Shown piece after piece: positions 31,257 to 43,748 of a stretch of DNA of 64,000 nucleotides (position 1 is its first letter; each line of letters opens with the position of its first letter). Below the pieces are notes generated by a model. It was not told the DNA's origin. It did no database searches and saw only the letters and a program-made list of their open reading frames with translations. The DNA is from Azolla caroliniana (taxonomy: Eukaryota; Plantae; Polypodiophyta): NCBI GenBank assembly GCA_043228905.1, contig JBHGNT010000021.1, positions 11,346,001-11,410,000 of the forward strand, written 5' to 3'. The translations under genes were made by a program, and so were the position numbers.

Positions 31257-34200
31257 CTAGTACAAACTTCGAATCCTTCCAATCCAGGACCCTTGTGGTT
31301 CCGCCTCACGGATTTGCATTCTGTCATACCGAATTTGTAGAGCATACTCATAATGTTGTTGGCTGATCAATATGCCTTCGGGGTTGTGGATCACTTCGAT
31401 CCCGAGGAAGGAATGAAGGTCACTGAGATCCTTCATTTCAATGCGGCCGATTTCGTCCAAGTTGGTGTTGGCGATGACAAGATCATCCACATAGAGCAAT
31501 ATGGTCACCGGCTCGTTCTGACCTTGCTAGATGAAGAGTGAAGAGTCTGATTTCGATGGACCAAACCCCATTCGACGTAGTGTTTGCGTGATCTTCACAT
31601 TCCAGGCACGTGAGGCTTGATTGAGTCCGTAGAGGGACTTCTTCAATCAGCATACAACTAATGTGTTCACTCCACATTGAAATCCATGGGGTTGAACCAT
31701 AAACACCTGTTCCTCAAGACCACCTAGCTGGAATGCGTTTTTCATGTCCATCTGATGTAGATGCCACCGCAAGCAGGACACAAACGATCGTCATCTTCGC
31801 GACCAGCGTGAACATCTCATCATAATCGATGCCGTGCTTTTGCGCGTAGCCCTTGGCCACTAACCGGGCCTTGTACCTATTAACTGAGCCGTCGGCGTTG
31901 TATTTCACTTTGTATACCCATCGACAACCTATCAGCTTCACCCCTTTCGGTACATCAACTAAATCCCACGTCTCATTTTCCGTGAGTGCGTACATCTCTT
32001 CCTCCATGGCTTGCTGCTAGTTCGGATCCCTAACAGCTTCTGTGTAGCTCTCCGGTTCACGCACAATTGCCACCTTCGCCATGTACGCATAATGATGCGC
32101 CATATACTCATTGTACCCATACCTCTTCACAGGATTTTTCTAGCGGGTGAATCAATGCAATTTTTCTAGCGGGTGAATCTTCACAGGATTTCGTGGCCTT
32201 CTCGACCAATTTTGACCTCTTCCTTGGAGGTTCCTTTTCGGTTCTATCGGAGTTGGATTCGCTTTGATCTGACTCGGCTCGACCGGTGTCGTACTCTGGC
32301 ATCTTTTTCTTTGCGCGTGAATCGTCTCGTTGGCTCCTTGCGCGGGGAGAGCACGACCGAGTCTTCAGTACTTGTCGGCTCGTCATCTAGTTGACCGTTC
32401 TGGCTCAAGCACTACGGATTTGGTCCACTCATCCGGAGAGAGGTCGGACTATTCGGCATTTCGGATTTTGCGATGCTTGTCTCTGTTCCAGATTCCACTG
32501 GATCATCAACGACAATCGTCTCGGACTAGGGTGGAGAGAAGTACTAGGATGCCGATTCATCGAAAAAGACATCTCGGACCACTTTCAATAGGGGGTTATA
32601 ACACTTATAACCCTTATGTTCAACCGAGTGGCCGACGAGAATGCATGTTTCGGCTTTCACGCCTAACTTCCTCCATTTTTCATTCGGTACATGCACATAT
32701 GCAATGCTACCGAACACTCAAAGGTGTGCCAAATTCGGCTTCCACTCGAAATACAGTTCGTGGGGTAACACCTTTGTCCCTGAGGCAGATATTTGATTCT
32801 ATATGTAGACATGCATTCGGATTCTTCGGCCCAATAAAATTTCGTCATATGCTTCTCCTCGAGCATTGCCCTGACCGCTTCTACCAACGTCCTGTTCTAA
32901 TGCTTGACCACGCCGTTCTGCGCCGGCATGTATTTGCAGGAAAACTCCCATTGGATTCCCTTTGACTGTCGATAACTCGTGAACTAGCTAGAAAGGTATT
33001 CTTTTCCGCCATCCAATCTCAAAGACTTGATCTTTCTTCTGGTCTCGTGTTTGACATGATTCTTTAGGTCTCGAAAGCATGAGAAGACTTCTCTTTTCTT
33101 CTCAATCAAATAGATCCATGTGTGTCGACTGAAATCATTGATGAAGGAGACGAAATACCGACTCCCGCCGATGCTCACATTCTATGTCGGTCCCCACACA
33201 TCCAAATGGATGAGATCAAGCCGATTCTGACTCTGATTCTTCTCATTAGGGAATGGAAGCCTATGTTTCTTGCAGAGTTGGCATGTTTCACATATTTGGC
33301 CTTTCTGGCCACTGAACTTCGAGAGTTCGGAAACTACGCATTCTGATTGCAACTCCTAAAGCTTCTGAAAGTTGATGTGGTCGATCCTCTTATGCCATAG
33401 GTCAATGTCCGACTCGACCTTTTGCCCTTTTGCGAACATAGCGGTGCCAACATCATTTGCCTCGAGGATAAACATCCTCCTGTCTCAATATCCTTGCGTG
33501 ATGACTTTGCCCTCTTCTTTGATGAAACACCCGAGATGTGCGAACCAGATCTGCATCCCTTGGTCGACAATCTGTCCGACTGACACAAGATTCTTTGTGA
33601 TTGTCGGGATGTGCAGGACGTTCATCAACTTTCCCTTCTGCTCGACATGGTTGAGGGGAACCTCTTTGGTGTGCTCGATGGTATGCAGGTGTGGTCTTCG
33701 GTTTTTGACCACCCCCAGTTGTTCCGGTTTTTCTAGATAAGTAAACCACTTAGCGTGGCTTTTCATATGGTTTGACGCTCCGGAATCGATGTAACATACC
33801 TCGTTCGGTTTCGAGGTGTTTGTCTTCATTGAGTTAGCCTTGTGTTTCATCACAAAGGCTAGGCTCAAACCATTTCTGAAATCGGATCCTTCCGGTCCTT
33901 CCGCGAAGTACGAGCTTTTCCATCTTCTCGTCTGGCCTTGCTAGATTTGAACTTGTCCGAATCAGCGCGCTTTTTCCAACACTCATTCTCTGTGTGGCCC
34001 TTTTGACCACAGTACCAACATTTCGTTGCGGTCTTCTCTTGCCAGTTTCCGGCACCGCGTCGATTCCCCCTACTTACGGAGGATCTAGAACTGTTGTTGG
34101 CACCATCCTTGTGCCTTCGGTTCATCTCTTGTCAGCCACTTCCACCGTATGCTGATCCGCTTTGTCCGCCATGACCCTGGGGCCTCTCCTGGTCTATGTA

Positions 34201-34759
34201 CAACATCTTGATGTCGGTATGCGTTCTTGTCGATGCATCCACGTATTCTCCTTTGTACAGATCACCGTCCGGAATGCTCCAAACTTTAACGCCAGGCCCC
34301 CGAGACAGACCTGCACGATCTCATCTTCCTTGATAGTCACATTGATGGAGGCAAGTGAGTTACATATCTCTTTGATCTAGGCCATATAGTTGGCCACCAA
34401 CATGTCCTTTTGTCAGACATTACTCAACTCCTTTTGGAGTTGCAGCTTCTGGGCCGTGGTGCTTGCTGCAAAGACCTTCTTCAAGTTTGCCCAAGCTTCC
34501 TTCTCCATCTTGGCATTCCAGATGTAGCTCAGCAATTGATCGCCGACATAGACACAAAGTAGTACATAACTCTGCTTGCCGCTTGTTCCCAAGTCGGAAA
34601 GTCCCTGTGTGCCACATCAGGTGCTGTATCATTAGCTCCGTCGGCATAACTCCAGTAGCAATGCCCGAACAAGTATTGGTGCATCTTGTACAACCAAGAT
34701 GCGTAGTTGGATCTGGTGAGCTTCTCCATTGGAAGTGAGCTAGTCATTCCTCGGTCCAT
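31257..34759 (-). mobile_element. Degenerate Copia internal region (gag to RT), no clear LTRs
   Basis: EKLTRSNYASW, CWYCGQKGH..EC, YIDSGASNHM, FVSFINDFSR, RYKARLVAKGY, LLYVDDL. Confidence 0.9.
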
Positions 34760-34899
34760 TCTCTCCTTCTCTTCTATTCTTTACTGGGTATTAGGGTTTG
34801 TATTTGGAAATCGCTTGTCGGTTGTAGAGGTTCTATCGCCTGCATGTTGACCTCTCTCTGTGTTAGAGAGTGTGGTTTGTGTGTGGATTTTCTATGCGA

Positions 34900-37513
34900 G
34901 AGTCCACCTGTGATAGCGATCTCAACACACACACACACTCTCTCTCTCCCCCCCCTCCCCACACACACACACAATTCTTTGGTTGCACAGAACCCATCTA
35001 ATTCTTTACATGGTATTAGAGCGCTTGGTAGCTTGATCCAAACCCATCGCCTTTAAGTGTGTTGTGCCCAAGTGCGCATTTGGAAAGAACCAGCTGATCA
35101 TTGTAGCAGTAATTTGTATACTTCACATCAAGAGAAGAGAAGAAGAAGCTCGACATGAACACTCTCCGATGGGAAGCGCTCTTCCTACCTAGAAGCTCAA
35201 CAGAAATAACTTTGCATCTTGGGAGTACAAGATGCACCAATACCTTGTTGGCCAAGGTATTGGAGTTATGTTGAAGGAGCAAACTAAAATCAACCAAACC
35301 AACACATGCCGACTACCCAACATGGAAGCAAGCGGCGAGTCCTGTGTTGTACTGCTTCGCATCATGCGTCCATGATCACATGCTCTGCTCGGCTACATCC
35401 GAGAGGCCAAAACGCCGAAGGAGGCATGGGGGAACCTCAAGAAGATTTCCGCGGCCAACATGACCACAAGAAAGCTTCAACTCTGTCAAGAGTTGAACGG
35501 TATACAACAGAGGGACATGTCAATCGGCAGCTACACCTTGAAGATCAAGGTGTTGTGTGATGCCCTCAAGTCGCTCAATTTTAGCTTTGACAACAATAAA
35601 ATGGTGCAGATTTTCCTCAGAGGCTTAGCATCTCAGTTTGGAGCCATTCGGTTGGTAGTCCGAATGGGGGAGAATGCTCCCTCCTTCAATCTCCAGTCAA
35701 TGTTGTTGGTCGAGGAGAATCGTGTTCGAACAAGAAGCAATGCGCAAGAAGGACACATGCTCTATTCGAACATTCATGGAGGAAGAGGACAAGGTCGTGG
35801 AAGAAGAGGTCGATTCGGCGAAGGCTGACACAACCAAGAGCAACCCTGATAACGTAACTTCTACTATCTGCAAGACGTTTCGAACACGAGAGGCGGAGCA
35901 TCCGGAAGAAGGGGGATCAATCATGCCTGACCCAACCGACAAAACAATCCTGCCCAGTGTAGATACTATGGTATATTCGACCACTATAAGGCAGAGTGTC
36001 AGAAAAAGAAGAGTGAGTCAGCTTCCACAAGCCAACAATCCACCAACTACACCTCCAACTCTAACTACGACAATCGTGGTGGAATGTTTGTGATGAGGCA
36101 CAAAGAGAACTCAATGATAGCCTCCAACCCGACCAACACCTCCAGACCAAAAGATGTATGGTTTGTTGACTGGGTGCATCCAACCACATGACATCCCACG
36201 AGGATTGGTTTAAAGAGCTACGAAATCCCGAACGACCCGACTATGTGGAAACTGGGGATGACACAATTTACCCCATTCAACATGTCAACAATGTTCCATT
36301 TGGGGAAGAAGGCAACCAAACCTACATCAAGAACGTTCTGCATGTTCCTACAATAACAAAGAACTTGGTCTCAGTTGGTCAAATAGTCAAACAAGGCATG
36401 CAAGTCTGCTTCAACGATGGAGGATGCTTCATCGAAAAACAAGGCCGACTTATCGCTCGTGGTCGGAGAGAAGGTCAGATGTTCATCCTTGACTCTCACG
36501 AGATGAAATTGGCAATGTATACCAAGAGCCAGAGAGTCAACAACAACATAGAGCTGTGGCACAAGAGGATAGGCCACATCAATCTCCAAAAGCTCAAAGG
36601 TATGTAGTCGAAAGGAGTCGTCATCGAACTCCTGACTTTTATCGAAAAGGAAATTGTAGGCGTGTGCGGGGCATGTCAATTCGACAAACAACACCGACAA
36701 TCATTCCGAAAGGAGAGGAACATAAGCAAAGGGATCCTGGATGTAATACATTCCGATGTATGGGGATCAACCCAAATGGCAACATTTGGTGGTTGCTGGT
36801 ACTACGTAACGTTCATCGACGACTTCTCCAGACATACTTGGATTTATCCCATGCACCAAATGAGTGAAGTGTTCTTGTAATTCCCGACATTCAAGAACGA
36901 AGTCAAAAATGCAACCAATCGTCATGTACAATGCCTTCGATTGGACGGCTACACAAAGTACGTCTCCGACACCTTTACAACATACCTTCGACAAGATGGA
37001 ATCTAGCGGGAGTTTACTTACTAACACACACCTCAGCAAAAGGGAGTAGGCGAATGCAAGAACTGGCACATACTCGAGGTGGCAAGGGCAATGATGACCG
37101 AGAAACATTTAACAAAATCATATAGGGCTAAAGCGGGGAATACGACCGTCTACCAAATGAATCTCTCCACAACATCAGGAGTGTGCGATGTTACCCTCTG
37201 CGAAAAGCTCTATGGGAAGAAACCAGATCTATCCCACATTAGGATATTCGGTTCAATACCACGAGAAGCAGTAGAAGCTTGATCCCAATTCAGAGAAATG
37301 TATAGTCACTCGAGTAAAAAGGGTATAAGTGCTTCAACCCTTCCACCAAGAGGGTACAAGTGAGTAGGGATATCGTATTCGACGAGTCGGCATCTTGGTA
37401 TACAGTCGAATCAGCCCCATCCAACACAGTCGAAAACGAGTTCGACACAGATGTAGAGGAGGATGATCAACTGAGGCTCCCATTAGAGGAAAGTCCAATC
37501 TCAACCAAGTTGA
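34900..37513 (+). mobile_element. Degenerate Copia 5' part (LTR end, PBS, gag, PR, IN), head-to-head with the preceding copy
   Basis: LTR-like end ...TTTACA at 35010, PBS TGGTATTAGAGC at 35011-35022; LWHKRIGH, IHSDVWG, SRDIVFDESASWY; truncated at 37513. Confidence 0.85.
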
Positions 37514-39740
37514 TGTTAGAAATATTGAGAATTGATTCGATAGGTATGTAGAGTTACAATTACAGAGATGGATATATGAAAACAAAACTTCTATTACATA
37601 TGAGAGTAGCTCACAATGGTAGTTTACCCATGCACTCACACCTTAGAGCTTAGATAGGATATGAACCAACTCACTACAAAATTAGTGGGGACTGATGATC
37701 AATCTAACCATTGTGTAAGAAAGTGGATTATATTCTATGTTTGGTCTGAGTATAACATTAAATGTGCAAGTCAGTTGATAGTAGTGGAGATATTCCTTTT
37801 CTATCAACTAACTTGTCATTTAATATGACCCAATTCCCTAGATATAGGCCATTGCTAGGTAGTACTTATCTTGAAGTCAATGGCACATACTTCAAGACTA
37901 AGTACATCATAACTTGCCCACAAAATATTCTAGTTGACTTGATTAGCCAATCCTATTACCTATTTCGCTCTTTCCTAAATACATTGTCTCCTACACATCT
38001 ACGGTTTCCTAGATTAACACCTTATCAACCCATATGTTCGAGTTGCACACTAGCCACTCCTCATTTGGGGCGCTATAAAAAAATGTGCACTCTAAGAGCA
38101 CATATGGGGATAAATTTACAACTTCAACTGATCATTGATTATATCTAACATGCCCCCTCAATGATCACCCCATTGAGTTCACTTGGTATTGGGCCAACTC
38201 CTAGTCGTCGAAGGTGTTGTTGTAGTTGTTCTGCTCCAAGCGCCTTTGTGAGGATATCCGCAACATTTTCTGATGTTGGACAATACTCAAGCTCCACAAT
38301 CTCATCATTTATTAGCTCCCGCACATAGTGATACTGAATCTCTATGTGTTTAGTGCGTGCATGAAATACAAGGTTCTTGGCAATGGCCATGCAACTCTGA
38401 TTGTCACACCAATACCATTGCCGTCCGTATTGGAACCGCCACATCCATAATAATTCTTCTTAGCCAAACTACCTCGCATGCTGTTATGCATCTGCTTTGT
38501 ATTCTACCTCCGTTAAAGATAGTGCCAATGTTGGCTATTGAAAAACAATATCGAGAAACTGATTTTCTGGAATCACTATCTCCAAACCAATCAGAGTCGT
38601 AATACCCACTAAGTTCGTCAATTGTTGGTTTGTAGAAGATTCCATAATTTAAAGTACCCACAATGTACTTTAATACACATAGTGTAGCTTTCCAATGAGT
38701 CTCCTTCGATTTGTTGCTGAATCGACCCGCCACATTGATTGCAAAACAGATATCCAACTATCTGTTTATACTTCCTTATGTCAACCATTGGTAACAGGTC
38801 TTCTTGGGATAGCTTGCAGTTTGACTCCATTGGAGTCGACTTCGATTTGTTGTCCATCATTCCAAAGGTCTTCAAGATCTCTGTTGCATACTTTCTTTGT
38901 GACATGAAGATGCCAACCGAGGTTTGTCAAACCTCAATTCCAAGGAAGTAGTGTAGAATCCCCAAGTCTATCATTTCAAACTCAGTTTTCAAACAAGCTT
39001 GTGTTTGGCCAATACACTCTTCATGGTCACCGGTAAGTACTAGGTCATCCACGTAAATGATGATGATGACTTGTTTCCCGTCCTTCATTTTGACGTACAT
39101 ACTTGCATCCGAAGCACATTGCTTAAAGTTGATTGAACGTAAGAAGCTGTCTATCCTCTTGTTCCAAGCTCTTGGTGCTTGGTTTAGACCACACAACGCC
39201 TTCTTCAGCTTGCAGACATTGTTTTCTGAATTCGGCATCTCAGACCCTGGTGGTTGTGTCACGTATACCTCCTCCTTGAGATGCCCATTCAGAAATGCCG
39301 ATTTGACATCCATTTGATAAATTGGCCATCCTCTTGAGGCAGCCAATGCTATGACCATTCGAATTGTTGTCATGCGAGTTGTCGGGGCAAATGTTTCTTG
39401 TACATCGAACCCTTCAATTTGGGAGTATCCTTGTGCCACTAGCCTGGCCTTGAATTTCTCCAAAGAACCATTAGCTTTATACTTTACTTTCCACACCCAC
39501 TTGGTGCCTATCACCTTCCTCTTTGTTGGACTCTCTACCAACTCCCATGTGTCATTTTTCATGATGCTATCCTATTCTGATATCATCGCCTCTTTCCACT
39601 TCAAGTCGGCCATGGCTTCCTCCACCGAGGTCGGCTCACTCACTCAGCCTATGATGTCCACCATCAGAGCCATGTTGACAATGTGGTTAGAGGTTCTCCC
39701 TGGCTCCTATGGACATTGTTGATGCCTCTTTTGCTACCCT
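37514..39740 (-). mobile_element. Copia 3' fragment (RT, RNase H, PPT, 637-bp 3' LTR at 37514-38150)
   Basis: KFKARLVAQGY, QMDVKSAFLNG, IYVDDL, ADILTKAL; PPT TTGAGGGGG; LTR TGTTAGA...TCTAACA. Confidence 0.9.
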
Positions 39741-40162
39741 TTCTTCCGCTTGGCCTTCAGTTGATTGGGCGTCTCCGAATCAAACATCCGAGCCGAATCA
39801 ACTGCCCCCAATTCGTCTCTGCTTTTGTCCAAATTGGTTGTCTCCAATTCGTCCTCAATCTTGTCCTTCTCGCCCTTGTTGGCTTCATCTCCTCCAATTC
39901 TTTCGGCTGCTGCCCCTTGGTCCAGTTCCGGACTCTTCCGCGGATCCGCCTTCGGCTTCTTCAGCCGACACTAAATCGAATTCGTTATCCGATTTGGTGT
40001 CGCGGTCACTTCCGCTCCTTTCCTACTCTTTTTTGTGGTCTTGCGGGACTTCTCTCCCCCTCAAGTTTGGCACATTGAAGTGCCGCAACCCAAGCGCACT
40101 CTAGCATTGCCGCACCTTGTCCAGACCAAGGGCCTTGGTGAAAATGTCGGTGTTTTGCCGAT

Positions 40163-40602
40163 TGTTACCGAATAGGAACACGGTCCGTGGTCAGTCCTTC
40201 GACCTGGACCTCCAAGTGGGTGTGGAACAACGAATAGGCGTCTAAGCGTAATGTGTAGGGGAAGGTTCCCTGTAACCTATCAGCGTATACGGGGAACGGC
40301 TACAACCGAATCCCTGCCAAGGGTTACACTTACGCACTTGAATGCTTAGGTATTCAAGACACACACAGTAGATTAGCCGTAGCTATACACAAGAAATCAG
40401 AGAAGATAGGATTCTATTATGAGATGTTTCTTTACATTCCCAAAATTACACGCACCCTCTATCAGAGGTTTTCTACCCTTTATATACGCAAGGTCTATTT
40501 AGCCTCTCACGCTTCCTGCGTGAACCGTTACATGCGTTATGCTCTTATATTATTTTTTATTCCTACGCTTTTGTCCATCGGTTACTATTCCGGTGGACAA
40601 CA
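40163..40602 (-). repeat. 3' LTR (440 bp)
   Basis: Direct repeat of 49109-49543 with many transitions and a 5-bp indel. Confidence 0.95.
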
Positions 40603-40649
40603 CCTGGCACGCTTGTGGGACGGTGCCCTGGCACGTCGGACCCATCCCA

Positions 40650-43410
40650 TTAATCCTCTTCCAAAATGGCCCAGATGTTTGGCTTTGTTGCGGTGTCCGC
40701 ATCCGGAGGTGACGTAGGGCCCGTAGGTGCCTCGTGGTGTGGCTCCCCTGTTTGGTCGGGCTGGTTTCTCCCGGAGTCGGAGTCGCCGTGTGTGGGCGGT
40801 CCGGGTATGGTGGACTCTTCTTCAGCTAGTGGGTTGGGCTCCACCGTTGTCGTGCTTGCAGTCGGCTGCGGCTTTGCCTCTATTGTTACATCCTCCGTGG
40901 TGTCGGCCGTTTTTGTACGTTCCAGGGAGTGGGACGGAGATTCCGCTTGGCCCGCACCGTTCTCCGTGTGGTCTGATGATAGTGTGGGCTCATGTGGATG
41001 AACCTCTTGTTGTGGAGTGGTTTTGCTATCTGGTCTTGTGGGGAACTCCGCTCGTCGGTCCCCGCTATTCTCCATCGTTGTCATTTCTGGTGATTGGGCA
41101 TGAGGTTCCTCTTCTTCGGCCGTGCCCGGAATTGGAGTCGCGCTGGATTCCTCGTTTGTGCGCATGTTGCCGGCTTGTGTGATCTGGTGAAATAGCTCCT
41201 CTTGGCTTTCACCAAAATCATCTAAGAGCTGCGTGAGTTCTTCGGAGTGTTGGTCCGCTAGTGCATGATAGTCTTGCGCTAGGTCCTCTCGTATGGCCGC
41301 AATGCTCTCCTCATTTAGTTTATAGAAACCTCGACCGTCTTTTCGCCAGTTCTCCCAGTCCACACGATACGCGTGCAATTCCGCTGCTTGGGTTGCCCAC
41401 ACCATCCATCCTTTGTCCAGCGCCGTTTTCAATTGCGCTATGAACCTTTCCCGATTTGTTTGGAGAAGGATACGCACGTTATTTGTGATGGCCTGGCAAC
41501 GGTGACGTGCGTCTTCCATCGACTTCTAGAGATTTGTGATTTCCTATTGTTTAACCACTGCCGCTTCCTTGTACGTGGCCTTCAGGCCCGCCCACAACTA
41601 GGATTCCTTTGCATGCTGTTCTTCTAATTTCCCCATTTCATTGTTTAGGCGGATTTCGAGTTGATGCCTTCTGTCTTGTTCGACCACCAACTGCTCGTCG
41701 AACCATACCTTCTTTTTTTCTAATAAGGCCCGGAGTCCCGCTATTGCCGCCTTCGATTTCTTCGCGTCCTCCCGTAATTGGGCGTTGTCGTCTTTTGTCC
41801 GAATGTGCTGAGCTACCTCCGTAGCGAGTTTCTCTTCAAGGGTTTTTACCGCCTTTCAGTCGTTAGCCCGTATCTCCTTTTCTCTGTTTGAGGATTGGCA
41901 TAGTTCCGCTCGAAGGCGGTCAATTTCTGATTCCGGTAGTTGCACGACCCTTTTTGCTTTTGAGGCGATGGCGGTCTAAGCCTCTATTTCTTCTTTCAGA
42001 GCATCGATGGCGTGGTTCGGTGGCGGGGTTGCGTGTTGCGCCGTAGTCGCGTGAGCTTCCAACTTCGCGATGCATTTGTTGGCTTTTTGTAGTTCGACTT
42101 GGGTCAGGTTAACCTTCCTCCAGACATTCTTATTTTTTATGGCCATCTCCTTGGCGCCCATGCTGACCTTTGCTAGTTCCCGATGGACTTCGACTAGGGC
42201 CGTGTTTAATGGGGGTATCTCTATCCCTACCCGACGTACCCCGACGTTCTGCCGCCCCTGGCTAGCCATTCCTCATCGTTGCTCTCCGTCGTTTGTGTTA
42301 GGGCGCGCTCGATCATCTGGCGTTCCGCATGCTTTTCGGCCATTCGTTGGGCGGCTTTTACCTGTTGTGTTGCCAGGAACTCCATGAGCTCAAAAGAAGT
42401 GCCGAACTAGAAGAGGGCGCTCAACTCGTGGGCCATATCTAGGATATCCGGATATGCCAAAACCTCGCTTTCCGCCGTCAATACGGCTTTCCCTCGTTGG
42501 GACTGGGTCGTAATGATCGGCCGTGGCTCCTGGATGATTTCGAGGGTGGTATTGGGTTCCGTAGTTGCGGAGCCATCGCCTTCGGTCGGTGTCTCTATCG
42601 TCGTGCGGGCATTTTTGACCAACCCCCGCCCATCTTTCCTGTCCAATGTACACCGTTTTGGTCTGGGACTCTCCCGCCGTGTTTCGGAGTTTGGCTTTGG
42701 GGCTGCTTCCATGGAACGTGTCGGTTGTTCCTCCTGCGTTGTCTGTGTGTCCGGCTGGTCAGTAGGAGGTGTTGTCCTTGGGTCTGGCTAGGCGGGTTGG
42801 GGTTCCTCTTCCCATTCTGGGGCTGATAACTCTGCTAACCTGCGCTTCGCGGATCGGGGCGGGGGCGTGGGTCGGCTGGGTTGCGGTGCCGGCAGGCCTG
42901 GAGGTGGAAATAGTACCGTAAGGTACTGTTATATGATCGGCTTGAGCTTTTTGCCTGCCCGGTACACATGCAGGCCTTCCCTTAACGTCAGCCCTGTGAT
43001 GACCCCCTAGTAGACGACAAGCCCTTTAAAGGTATCGATAATGATGCCCGCCTTCTGCTTAGGCATCCCATATGCGTTGACATGTACGCAGCCGACTTCT
43101 AGCAGGAACTTGGCAACTTCACGCAAGAAGGGATCCGGAATCTGCTTTGTTCTATAGGCCTTGGCGGAGGAGGAATACGGACCAAAATACCGTTGCAGCG
43201 CCTTTGCAGGAGGTATTTCGAAATGCCTTTCGCCTAGTGAGGATAGGTCCAACTTCTTCCAGATGGAGGAGTTGGTGACCGTGTCGATGTTAAGCTTTCT
43301 GGCGATGTCCATGGCATCCGGGTGTGGAGGTGCCTCTACGACCCGGATGTACCCATCCAGGCGTTTCTCCACGAGCCATCAGCATAAGGCAGTAGAGATG
43401 AAGATCGGCA
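40650..43410 (-). pseudogene. Extra post-integrase ORF, fragmented
   Basis: GYIRVVEAPPHP, YFGPYSSSAKAY, EVAKFLLEVG, GWMVWATQAAEL match 26400-28868. Confidence 0.8.
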
Positions 43411-43748
43411 TCGCCAGAAGAGGTTCATGGGAAGGAGACCGGTGGTTGCAGTGGGCTGAAGCTCTGTGATAGGATGGGGGAGAAGGTGAGGGGGAGGAGC
43501 GATGGGAGCGCTGATAGCTAGAAGATGGGTTTCTGTTTTGTGTAGAAAATCTTCTGTTTCCTTCTTTTTGTGGCTTAGGGTTCATTGGGCGGTGAGCCAT
43601 CGTGGTGCCGCATGTTCTTGAACTAGGAGTTTGTGAATGCCTTTAGTCATTTTAATAGTCGCTATCTTCTCCTCTTCTTTTTTCTTTTTTTTCGTAACGG
43701 TTATTTACAATCTATTTTTACATTATGGTACAAGTGGGGCCGTCCATT

